In this document: one piece after another, positions 28,823 through 39,010 of the stretch
Layout: every line of letters starts with the position of its first letter
Numbering within the stretch: the stretch's first letter is position 1
NCBI GenBank assembly: GCA_965285935.1
Contig: OZ260661.1
Location: 24,676,001-24,740,000, forward strand
Direction of reading: 5' to 3'
Origin: Ophelia neglecta
Taxonomy: Eukaryota
DNA: 64,000 nucleotides
Program-made: the position numbers and the translations under genes
Notes under the pieces: generated by a model
Databases searched by the model: none
Told to the model about the DNA's origin: nothing
Seen by the model: the letters and a program-made list of their open reading frames with translations, nothing else

Positions 28823-30842
28823 TGTAATTTATTATGCCTGGGTTATTTGATCAACAATTAATGTGTTATCAAATAAATACATTGTAAGTTTCTCCTGCAA
28901 TTGCCCTCCGTGCGGTATATGTAAAATTACAAATCTGATGTATTGTTGACCAATGGTAATGTTTGTTGCGTCAGTGTCTGACTACATAACGTTATATTTT
29001 TTCAATGTCCACGGCCGACCTGCAACTTTTACCCCATTGGGAATCTGATCCGTATAAGTTTTGATTATAAATAAAAATGATAAAGTAATAAAAGGATTGA
29101 TATGATTTTGTTTTCATTGGTTTTGTGTTAATGTAAAAAAAATTACACTGTGCGTCTTGGGGTCCAATTAGTGTCAAACGGCCTTGCAACAAAATCTTAT
29201 AATGACGCCCGATACATCAACTGACCCTTAATGATGATGCAAGACACCAAATAGTGAAACATGACATTAAACTGACGTTTATAATAAAAATGAATTGCAT
29301 TGAAAATAGAATGCCTTGATCTAGGATTATGTATTAATATGCATTAGAGGAAATATATTACCTACTCTAAGAGCGTACACAGATATTGCTAGGTTAAAGG
29401 AGAGGCTTTTGTTTTTTACTACGCTATTATCGGGAGCGGTCATTTCACTTACATATTGAAAGGGTGAAAACAGCTTCCGAAAGCGGAAAAAAGTTTAATA
29501 AGTTAGAGCAAGCAGCTATATGTTTTTCACATAAAGGATATTGAGGTATATATTATAATACTTATATAAGGGCGACAGAAAAGTGATCTAGTATTGGATG
29601 GCTTTAGGTGTCTGGTTTTATCAAAAGCGCCTTCTTGTAACAATAGAATAAAAATAAAGCAAAATGATGCTCTCCCTGATTCACACATTCCTAGTTAACC
29701 AATCAAAACTAAAGGAGAACTCTGGTTCATTAGAACAAAAAAAAATTTCATTTGTTGAATCGCAAATTTTGTTGATAAGTTTGGGAGTCTGTTTTTGTTC
29801 AATCCAACACAATCTGAAAGTAATTTGACGTCTTTCACAAAAATACGAGTCAGGTGTGGGTGAAGATTATGTTTTACTAACGGCTTTCTAAATATTATTT
29901 TTGGCTGCTGGTTCCTGATGATTTCAGACTGATATATTGGACTAATCTCGACTAATGGTTTACCTTTGTCTACCGTCTATCCATTCCCGTTTTTATCGAC
30001 CCACCTCTCATTCTGTTTGCCAGAATACATGGCGGGAATGCCTTATGTGCGGAAACTTTTAATTGAAGAGAATTTTCATCAGCATACCATATGTACTGGA
30101 AGGCAAGCCATTTCAGTCTTTGTTATATGCAAGTACAGCACATGGCCGTGGGATGCCAACAAGGATTCCCTATGCAGACCTTGTTAAGCTCTGAGCAGTT
30201 CTAAATGGGTGCTGGGATAGATCTCAGTGCGCTAACCACTCCTTATGAAGTACAATTACCGAAAGTTAACTCACCTTTTTCTATTATTATAAATTCACTT
30301 AGTTATGTATACAATTGATTATATTCTGTTGCTCGTCTGGTCAAAATGAATTATAATTTTGTAAAGTATTATTCCGATGGTATTGAGTTATATATATAAT
30401 AATATTTATATAAAGGCGACAGAAAAGTGATCTAGTATTGGATTGCCTCTTGGAACGTATCAAATAATGATCGCATTGCGCGGCGCAAAAGCCTGACGTC
30501 TCTGACAGACACAGCAAACTACCATAGACTCTGAAACATGTACGTATTAATACTTGTAAAGATTAACAAAGAAATGAAACAATCAAAGTTCACAAAAGCC
30601 TGACCAAATGCCAACACGACAGTATTAGGACACTTTAGTAGTGTGAGACATCCGGTCCTCCTTTGTCCTAAAACCAAACTTTGGATATGGATTATGACTT
30701 GTGGAATATTATGCTTATCAAACAACGACATGTCAACCCATTTAGAAATATTGGAAGGATATTTATGCACAAAGGGTACCGTATTGGTAAGTTTTCATAC
30801 TAATGGACTTTTTTCTTGTAATTACCATAAAATCATCACACC

Positions 30843-32432
30843 ATGCAACCAAATTTTACAAATATCCCACCATTTCCTCTTGCCATATCGAGCCATGATT
30901 GGTCAAATCTTATCCTGTTGGGATCCAAGATGGCGGAAGCCGAACTGGACACGTCGATAGGAGAGGAAAGAAATTTACAGATTATTCCAGGAGCGAACCC
31001 GATTCTTCACCAAATACTATGTGGTTTGGACAACAAAAGTGGTTCCGAAGTGATAGAAGATATTTTGCATGAAGTGGATTTACAAGTTTTGGCAGAAAAC
31101 AGACTTTTGATATCGAACGTGGCTGTGACGCAGCATTCTACACTCTGTACGGCTGAAAAGGTAAACATTGACGGTAAGCTTTTCAAACTCAAAGAAAGAC
31201 GGAGCGAGAAAGCTTTAGCAGAGGATATTATTAACCTTTTCCTGTATGTGTCAAACTATACAGAAGAATTTCCAAAAGATATATATAAAGACAACAGGAA
31301 AATTCCCATTATATCGGCCACAAAAACACCCAAATTGGCGAAACGTAACACCACTATGAAAGATTATACCATGAATATGACGGAGGTGTTTCAATACATA
31401 AAGGAAAGCAAAGAACGGGATCAGAAACAGGGTGATTTGGTCACATCCGTTAGATTGGAAATAGAAGGACAGATTCAAACACTTATGAATAGAGTGCAAA
31501 AACTTGAAGAAGAAAATGCGACTCTCAGAAAAATCATTTCAGACATTACTGGGCCCGAAAATCTAGTAGCAGCAAGCTGTCAGCAGAGTAATAAGCCCGA
31601 TGAAAATGCTGTACGCTCAAGTGAAACGCAAACTACCTTTGTGTTAAACGACAAAGTTAATGATGCGAAAAGTGACACGGGTGCACAACGTCAAACAAGC
31701 TTAGAAGGTGTGACCCCCTCCGATAACAATAAGTTGTTACCGGGCCAAATCTCTCAGAAGGCTAACGATCAGCTGTTTCAGGACACGACCCCTAAGTCAA
31801 CAAGTGCCTATGGCCCAGGTGACTTCCCTCCCTTAAGCCTCACCCGAGACCAGCGATCGCCGCTTGAAACAACTGGCAATGATTCATGGGAGATGCGAAT
31901 GAGTCTCAGAACTCAGCGGGACCGACAGCGTCGAATCGAAAGAGAACAAAATTTGAACTCTGATCGGGGGAAAAACTCCCAGATGATGAACCAGCCCAGA
32001 ACTAAACCGCTACAAGGACGTACATGGGTCACAGGAGAAAGTGTATATGTAAAGAACATCGCCGTAGACTATGACGAAACAGATGCTTCGATAGCTCGCG
32101 ACGTGCGAGGACATGCACAGGACAAAGGGTTGACAATCATGTCCTGTAGAGTTATCCGTAACAGATACAATGACACTTCCGTGGGCTGTAAACTATTTGT
32201 CCCCAAAGACCAAGTGTGTAAAGCCCTAGGGCCGGGTTTTTGGCCAAATGGCATATCATGTCGCAGGTGGGAGCAAAGAAATTCTGGATATCGACCCCGT
32301 GGAAATAACTTTTTTGATCGTGATGGGAACTGGCGGGACGATACTGCTGACTACGGGGAAAATACGGCATATCACAGTTGGGGTTATAGTGAAGGTTACG
32401 ATCACGGCGAGAACCCTTACTTCTCCAATTGA
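30843..32432 (+). CDS. LINE ORF1 protein (coiled coil + C-terminal RRM-like domain)
   Basis: 529-aa ORF 109 bp upstream of ORF2; heptads LEIEGQIQTLMNRVQKLEEENATL; VYVKNI...GCKLFVP...FWPNGISCRRW. A better-context ATG lies at 30930. Confidence 0.8.
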   Translation: MQPNFTNIPPFPLAISSHDWSNLILLGSKMAEAELDTSIGEERNLQIIPGANPILHQILCGLDNKSGSEVIEDILHEVDLQVLAENRLLISNVAVTQHSTLCTAEKVNIDGKLFKLKERRSEKALAEDIINLFLYVSNYTEEFPKDIYKDNRKIPIISATKTPKLAKRNTTMKDYTMNMTEVFQYIKESKERDQKQGDLVTSVRLEIEGQIQTLMNRVQKLEEENATLRKIISDITGPENLVAASCQQSNKPDENAVRSSETQTTFVLNDKVNDAKSDTGAQRQTSLEGVTPSDNNKLLPGQISQKANDQLFQDTTPKSTSAYGPGDFPPLSLTRDQRSPLETTGNDSWEMRMSLRTQRDRQRRIEREQNLNSDRGKNSQMMNQPRTKPLQGRTWVTGESVYVKNIAVDYDETDASIARDVRGHAQDKGLTIMSCRVIRNRYNDTSVGCKLFVPKDQVCKALGPGFWPNGISCRRWEQRNSGYRPRGNNFFDRDGNWRDDTADYGENTAYHSWGYSEGYDHGENPYFSN

Positions 32433-32541
32433 AGATGCTTCGTTTATATGCAAAGTTTAAAACGTCTCTGAAAATGTATTGTAACGTTATAATATATGTT
32501 TGCGCTGTGTCATGTAAAGGTGGCAGTTTAGTATTTGTAAC

Positions 32542-35500
32542 ATGGACAGTATGTTCAAGGTAGCTACGTTAAACGCAAGGGGATTGGGTGATATTAAAAA
32601 AAGGAGGGACATATTTGAGTATTTGAGAAAGCAAAATTGTAATTTATATTGTATTCAAGATTTTCACTGTACCACAAAACTTGAAAACCAGTACGAGAAA
32701 GAGTGGGGTTATAAGTGTATTTTTAGCTCAGTCTCCTCATGTAGTAGAGGTGTTGCATTGCTCTTTAACAACAATTTTGAATTCCAAATTCATTGCACAA
32801 AAATAGACAAAGAAGGGAATTATGTTGCGTTAGACATCACTATTGAAGGCACTAGGTTAACGTTAATCACATTGTATGGGCCAAATAGAGACACTCCGGG
32901 GTTTTATTTAAATATATCCAATATTGTTAATGAATTAGAAAATGCTACTGTTATCATATGCGGAGACTGGAACTTAGTGAGAGATCAATCAAAAGACACT
33001 AAGTATTACAGAAACGAAAATAATTTAAAGTCCAGAGAGGTTGTCGAAAATATGTGCGAATTGTTTAACTTATATGATCCCTGGCGATCATTGTACCCTG
33101 ATACCAGAAGGTATACATGGCGTCAAAAACGCCCGATAAAATTTGCTAGGCTGGACTTCTTTTTAGTAACTGAAGATTTGCTTAATCTAACCGATAGGGT
33201 GGATATTCTCCCCTCCTATCGATCCGATCACTCCATGGTCGTTGCTGACTTTGAATTAAAGACGCAAAGCAGGGGTAGGGGATTTTGGAAACTGAATACA
33301 TCTCTATTGAAAGACCCGGTATACATAGAAAAAGAAAAGGGAATTATTAGGGACACTATTAGCAAATATGCAGCCCCAGGGGAAGACCTTTCTAAAAAGG
33401 ATATTAAGTTAAATATATCCGACCAACTCTTCTTCGAAATGGTTAAATTAGATGTAAGAGGTTTTTCTATTTCGTATGCGGTGGCTAAGAAAAAGGAGAG
33501 AGAGCGTAAAGAAAAGCAGCTGGAAGAGAAAATACTTACCCTAGAGGCCAAATTAACCTCTGCGACCATTTCACAGTCAAATAAGGAAATCAACTCCACT
33601 ATAGAGTCAATTGATATTGTAAAGTCAGAATTGGAAAATATGAGACAGGAAAGAGTAAGAGGCATATTATTACGGGCGAAATCTCGATGGCATGAAGAAG
33701 GGGAGAAAGCGACAAAATATTTCTGCAGCCTGGAAAAGCGGAACTACACCGCCAAACTTATATCTAAAGTAAATGACAACGGTAGTGAAATTACTGATCC
33801 GAAATCAGTTTTAGGAAAGGTTGAAGAATTCTACAAATCATTGTACTCCTCCAAGTGTTCCAATTTAAAACATTTAGATTATTTTTTAAACAACTTTAAT
33901 GTGAAGAAAATTAATGATGCACAGAACCAAATGTGCGAAAGCCCATTTCAGGAATCTGAGCTTAAAGAAGCAATAAAGAACAATGCTAACGGTAAAACCC
34001 CGGGCTCTGATGGATTTCCCGTTGAGTTTTACAAGATGTTTTGGAATGAAATAGGTTACTTTTTATTGAGATCTATTAATAATGCCTTCCTTACCAAAGA
34101 ATTATCTCCCATTCAAAAACAGGGGGTCATAACTTGTTTACCAAAAGAGGATAAGCCTAGGCAGTATTTGAAAAACTGGCGTCCCATAACATTACTGAAC
34201 GTTGATTATAAAATTATATCCTCCGTTTTAGCTAATAGAATGAAGATTCCATTACAAGACATCATAGGAGAAAACCAAAAAGGCTTCCTCCAGGAAAGAT
34301 TTATAGGCGAAAACACTAGATTAGTATATGATATTATAGATATCTTACAAAGTAGACACCAAACAGCTCTACTCCTACTCGTTGACTTTGAAAAGGCGTT
34401 TGATTCAATCGAGTGGAGCTGTATTGAAAAGGTATTGGTCGCTTATGACTTCGGAGAAAATTTCTTAGCCTGGTTTAATTTACTTTACAGAAATTCAGTT
34501 AGCTGCGTGATTAACAATGGGTTTCCATCACAGTTCTTCAGTCTTGGCAGGGGATGTCGTCAAGGTGACCCCATATCACCGTACTTGTTTATATTAGCTA
34601 TAGAGCCGCTGGCTCAAGCTCTTAAAAATGACAAACAGGTGGTTGGCATTAGATTAGAGGGTTATGAATTTCTCTTAGGTCAGTACGCGGATGACACCTT
34701 CCTGCTCTTGGACGGGTCACCTCAGTCTCTTAGGGCGGCAATGAATAATTTTATAAAGTTTGAGAGCACGTCTGGGCTCAGAATTAATATTGATAAGACT
34801 CAGGCGGTATGGGTAGGGCACAACTCGCACCTACAAAATAAAATGTGCGATGAAATCACGATCAAGTGGGTCGACTGTTTTAAGTTATTGGGAATAAAAT
34901 TCACTCAAAACTTAGATAATATTATTGAAATTAACCTAAGAGATAAAATTACGGAGACAAAAGCTCTTTTAAGGGCGTACTCGGGACGGACATTGAGCCT
35001 GTTAGGAAAAGTGACTGTGATAAAAACTTTGGCCATACCAAAACTGGTTCATGTCTTGTCCGTTCTGCCTCGTCCGTCAAAGTGTATTATTGATGAACTA
35101 AAAAAGTTGTATAATGAATTTCTATGGAATGGGGGGAGGTCAAAAATTAAACGGTCAGTTTTGTCTAAGTCATATGACAAAGGCGGTTTAAAATACACTG
35201 ATTTAGATGTATTTATTGATTCCTTGAAAATGTCTTGGGTGTATAGACATGTTAAATCAGCAAACTCTGAAGGTGGTTGGCAACAGCTACTCAATGTAAT
35301 TATTCCTCAGATGGATATGGGAAGCATATGGGATCTAGATGCCCCATCTTTAACTAATTTGTCAATGTATTTAAAGAATCCATTCTGGAGGCAAGTGTTA
35401 ACTGGCTGGAGTAAATTTGTAAATTTGTCAACAGAAGGGACTAATAATACTATAATGAATATGCCAATTTGGTCATCATGTTATATTAAAAACGAAAATC

Positions 35501-36357
35501 TGCAAGTACTGAAAAGAAAATTGTACTCTAATGGGTGTAAAATGTTTAGAGACTTGTTTGATGTAACGTCAGGTACTTTTTTGTCTTACAATGAGTTTAG
35601 AGTTAAATTTGATGTTGACATTAACTTCTTAGACTATGCAAGCTTAGTCGATAGTATACCACAGACTTGGAGACATCAGGATATAAATGTAAACAATAAC
35701 AATTCTCCTGCTTTGTCCAAGATATTGACGTGTAAAAAGGTGTCTTGTTTTGTGTATTGGGAATTTATTAACAGCGATACCACATCTGCAAAATGTAAGC
35801 AAAAATGGTCTGAGATTGTTACTTGTGAATTCGTAGGAAAAGACTGTGAAATGTTCTTCTTACTGCCTTTTCGTATATCTGTTGAAAGTAAACTAAGAGC
35901 TTTTCAATTTAAAATTTTGCATAGGGTTCTTCCGACAAATAGTTGGTTATACAAATGTAAAATTAAGGACTCGCCAAAATGTGATTTTTGTGGTACAGGG
36001 GTGGAGACCCTCGAACACCTTTTTTGTAACTGCCGTATAGTTCAGTCCTTATGGGAAGGCTTAAGTAACTGGTTGTGCCCTGTGGTAAGCCGTCTCCCAA
36101 TTGGAAATGTTAAATCTATTCTGTTAGGCTACGTAGATGATGATCCACATCTTGAGTTAATAAATATACTACTGATGGTGTCCAAAAGATATTTTTATGT
36201 GAGGAAGTGTAATTCTAAATCGGTTAAGCTGCTTGATCTGTTATATTTCATTAAACAGTATTACTATATAGAAAAGCATATTGGCAAGAATAACTGTGTA
36301 TTTTCGAAAAGACTAGAAAAATGGACACCAATCATAACAAAGTTGGAAGAATTGTAA
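32542..36357 (+). CDS. pol: LINE ORF2 protein: APE endonuclease + reverse transcriptase + C-terminal CCHC (zf-RVT)
   Basis: 1271 aa. EN motifs NARGL, GDWN, RLDFFL, SDH; Tx1-like GFWKLNTSLL and WHEEGEKATKYF; RT motifs WRPITLLNVDYK, DFEKAFD, GCRQGDPISP, YADD; CDFC...EHLFCNC. Confidence 0.97.
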   Translation: MDSMFKVATLNARGLGDIKKRRDIFEYLRKQNCNLYCIQDFHCTTKLENQYEKEWGYKCIFSSVSSCSRGVALLFNNNFEFQIHCTKIDKEGNYVALDITIEGTRLTLITLYGPNRDTPGFYLNISNIVNELENATVIICGDWNLVRDQSKDTKYYRNENNLKSREVVENMCELFNLYDPWRSLYPDTRRYTWRQKRPIKFARLDFFLVTEDLLNLTDRVDILPSYRSDHSMVVADFELKTQSRGRGFWKLNTSLLKDPVYIEKEKGIIRDTISKYAAPGEDLSKKDIKLNISDQLFFEMVKLDVRGFSISYAVAKKKERERKEKQLEEKILTLEAKLTSATISQSNKEINSTIESIDIVKSELENMRQERVRGILLRAKSRWHEEGEKATKYFCSLEKRNYTAKLISKVNDNGSEITDPKSVLGKVEEFYKSLYSSKCSNLKHLDYFLNNFNVKKINDAQNQMCESPFQESELKEAIKNNANGKTPGSDGFPVEFYKMFWNEIGYFLLRSINNAFLTKELSPIQKQGVITCLPKEDKPRQYLKNWRPITLLNVDYKIISSVLANRMKIPLQDIIGENQKGFLQERFIGENTRLVYDIIDILQSRHQTALLLLVDFEKAFDSIEWSCIEKVLVAYDFGENFLAWFNLLYRNSVSCVINNGFPSQFFSLGRGCRQGDPISPYLFILAIEPLAQALKNDKQVVGIRLEGYEFLLGQYADDTFLLLDGSPQSLRAAMNNFIKFESTSGLRINIDKTQAVWVGHNSHLQNKMCDEITIKWVDCFKLLGIKFTQNLDNIIEINLRDKITETKALLRAYSGRTLSLLGKVTVIKTLAIPKLVHVLSVLPRPSKCIIDELKKLYNEFLWNGGRSKIKRSVLSKSYDKGGLKYTDLDVFIDSLKMSWVYRHVKSANSEGGWQQLLNVIIPQMDMGSIWDLDAPSLTNLSMYLKNPFWRQVLTGWSKFVNLSTEGTNNTIMNMPIWSSCYIKNENLQVLKRKLYSNGCKMFRDLFDVTSGTFLSYNEFRVKFDVDINFLDYASLVDSIPQTWRHQDINVNNNNSPALSKILTCKKVSCFVYWEFINSDTTSAKCKQKWSEIVTCEFVGKDCEMFFLLPFRISVESKLRAFQFKILHRVLPTNSWLYKCKIKDSPKCDFCGTGVETLEHLFCNCRIVQSLWEGLSNWLCPVVSRLPIGNVKSILLGYVDDDPHLELINILLMVSKRYFYVRKCNSKSVKLLDLLYFIKQYYYIEKHIGKNNCVFSKRLEKWTPIITKLEEL

Positions 36358-36585
36358 AATTTAGTCTTGTCATTCATGTACCCTGAAGGACATATTTATA
36401 GGCCTATATTTGTTTTATTCAGATATATCATATATCATAAATCATATCTCATATATATAATAACCTGTAAACCTGTCCAAATTATACACTTTTTTATTCA
36501 TTTGTATATAATTTGTTGGCTGCTAATGTGATTAGATCTTACATTGCGATTGTGTACGTACTATTATTGGACAAATAAAATAAAA

Positions 36586-36620
<35 letters not shown>

Positions 36621-38850
36621 TCGTAAATAAACGTAAAAAAAAAAAAAAATCTTATCCTGTTGGCCTAGGTTTGACCTATAAAGTGCCCATGATCAGTCTG
36701 TAGGAGTTTGATTAGGCTGTTGGTGCCTTGCCGGAAGGGCTCGCGGAATGATTTCAGTTCACATCTGTAACTCAGTAAATAGTGCCAGGCACCGACCGTG
36801 ACCGGGGCTATTGATATATCAACAATAGTGTGAATATCATGTTCACCTGGTGTGGGAACCTTACACAACGCGATTGTCTACAAACATAGCCTTGGGCCGC
36901 GATGTATTCTGAGTGAGGTAATACTAGGTTGTATTTCATTGACTTCAAATTTCTTTCAGCAAGACCGTTTGATTGCATGTGGATTTTGAGTGACATATTG
37001 AATTAAGGAAACTGGGGAAAAATTGAAACTAACAGATGCAGCCTTGGATTCAACACCGCTGGATTATGTGTGTCAGGGAACGCCCCATGCTGTAATGATT
37101 TTTCTACTTTCAAACTGATCCCACACTGCCTGTATTGTATATCATTGATTGTGAGTTTAAGTCTCTATAAGAATTAATAGATCTAAAAGACAGGATGGAG
37201 AAAGACAAGTTAAGGCACTCAGGATATCGATGTGCATATATAATTAAGTAAGAATAGGCAGACAAAATAGCACGCCACTTAATTATAATATGGACAGGTT
37301 TTAGTGAATGTTTTCTCAGAACTGCAAACAATCTACAAACACCTGCCCAGCAAGTTAACCGTCTTGTGAGTTATGGTCATGGGTAATAATGTCAGGTGTG
37401 ATAAGTGGGGCAGGTCAGGCAGAACACATTATTCTGTTAGTGTGAAACCTGAAATTTACAGACCCGATTCAAAAAAACTTCTACGAATTTAAGTACATTA
37501 TACTAATCTACTATCTTTGATTTCAAAGCGAAGTGCATTAAAGATCTGCCAATGATAAGTCTAGGCTACACACTTTCTATTGATACGGCTTAAGTCTTCA
37601 GCTTAATGCACAGGCAAAGAGTGAAGTAAAATACCTTTCGTATGTCATCAAACCATTTACATTGTAAGCTTCCGTGGAGACGGGGTCAGTCAATACAGCA
37701 ATGCATATGTTTATAGCGGATTTAAATCCGATTGGCTATTGACAAATTCACCAAGTAGCCTGTGCCAGAAATTCAACTTGGACAAGAATAATATCTTTCA
37801 TTGTGGACGAGCAACTAAAACTGATCTCCTGAGACAAATTTAGCAAAGATAACATTAATTCAGCATACAGGACCCAGATGATTTGAAGTTTATTATATAT
37901 CTAGAATGGTTATCTACTACACTAATCTGCAACCCCCGCCCCCTCCGCCCCCTCCCCAGGGTGAGAGCCCCATCCCCCTCCAAATAGGAGGGTCCCCCTT
38001 CCTTCACGGAGAGTATCCCCTTCCTCCATCCTGCAAGACCTACGTTATGTAATCGAGCCTGCAGCAGGCACTGGCTGACTGCCGTGGGCGTCATGGAGAC
38101 AGCTCCTCCAAGCTCGCTCAGGACAGTACACGACACGGGGTAAACGGGAGAGGACACACGGCAGACCAACCACACAGCCCGCTCACGTCACGTGCAGCTA
38201 CGTCACACGATAGGCACGTGCAAATCCCATTCGTCCTTTGAATTAATTAAGAAAAAGCCTTGTCAATGAAAGCAATGGAAATAAGCAGTTATCACACAAA
38301 CAGAAGTCTGAGGTTCGGATATAAATTGTGACCTGGGCAGCAGATATCCCGGGCTGGTAAAGCGCCAAGTGAAAAATGATATTCGCCATAAATTAAGCTA
38401 AACATTTGAAATGGGAGTGACGTCCAATTAGTTTTTCCAGATGTTTCATAATAGAACATCTGATTTTCATTAATCACATAATTTACGAAGTTCATATAAG
38501 ACCGATTACTGCAAATTGAACATTTAATGCATACAAGGTTCATGTTAACACAAAACACATATACCATAATCAACAACTTTTAGGTGTGATAGATCCCGCT
38601 TAAAACTAAGCACAAATGTCTGTTGCAGCAATAAATTCAACAACGCCAATTCATACTATCAGTTGCTCTATGTTTAAACCTGACATGCGGTGTACAAGAC
38701 CGGCCTATACACCTGTATGCCCTGAAGCCTTTGTATCATTTTCCCAACAGGGTGAGCCATACATCTGTCATAACGTTTAAATCGGGCAAATCTCTATTGT
38801 GCTCCGCCAGTTGCTATTTAGGTTGTTGTATGATAAGAAAGAAGGCAGCA

Positions 38851-39010
38851 GGGAGTTTCCCAGGCCGTGACGTCATTCCCCATGGCAACACAAGGGATTT
38901 CCCTAAGGCCTCATTCTAAACCCCGACATACAGATTCCAGACCCCACATACAGGTTTTATACCCTATAAACACAGGCTGATCTTCTCCCTAGTTTTCTTG
39001 GACTCAGTTC
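38851..39010 (+). promoter_or_regulatory. Candidate promoter with two kappaB-like sites, a CRE and a TATA box
   Basis: GGGAGTTTCC 38851-38860, TGACGTCA 38868-38875, GGGATTTCCC 38894-38903, TATAAA 38965-38970, Inr-like TCAGTT 39004-39009. Confidence 0.35.

Larger units (their letters stand above)
30450..36618 (+). mobile_element. Apparently full-length non-LTR retrotransposon (L1/Tx1 group); 5' boundary approximate
   Basis: Two uninterrupted ORFs, short 3' UTR, AATAAA at 36574, pure 30-nt poly(A) at 36589-36618. No TSD found by eye. Confidence 0.9.
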
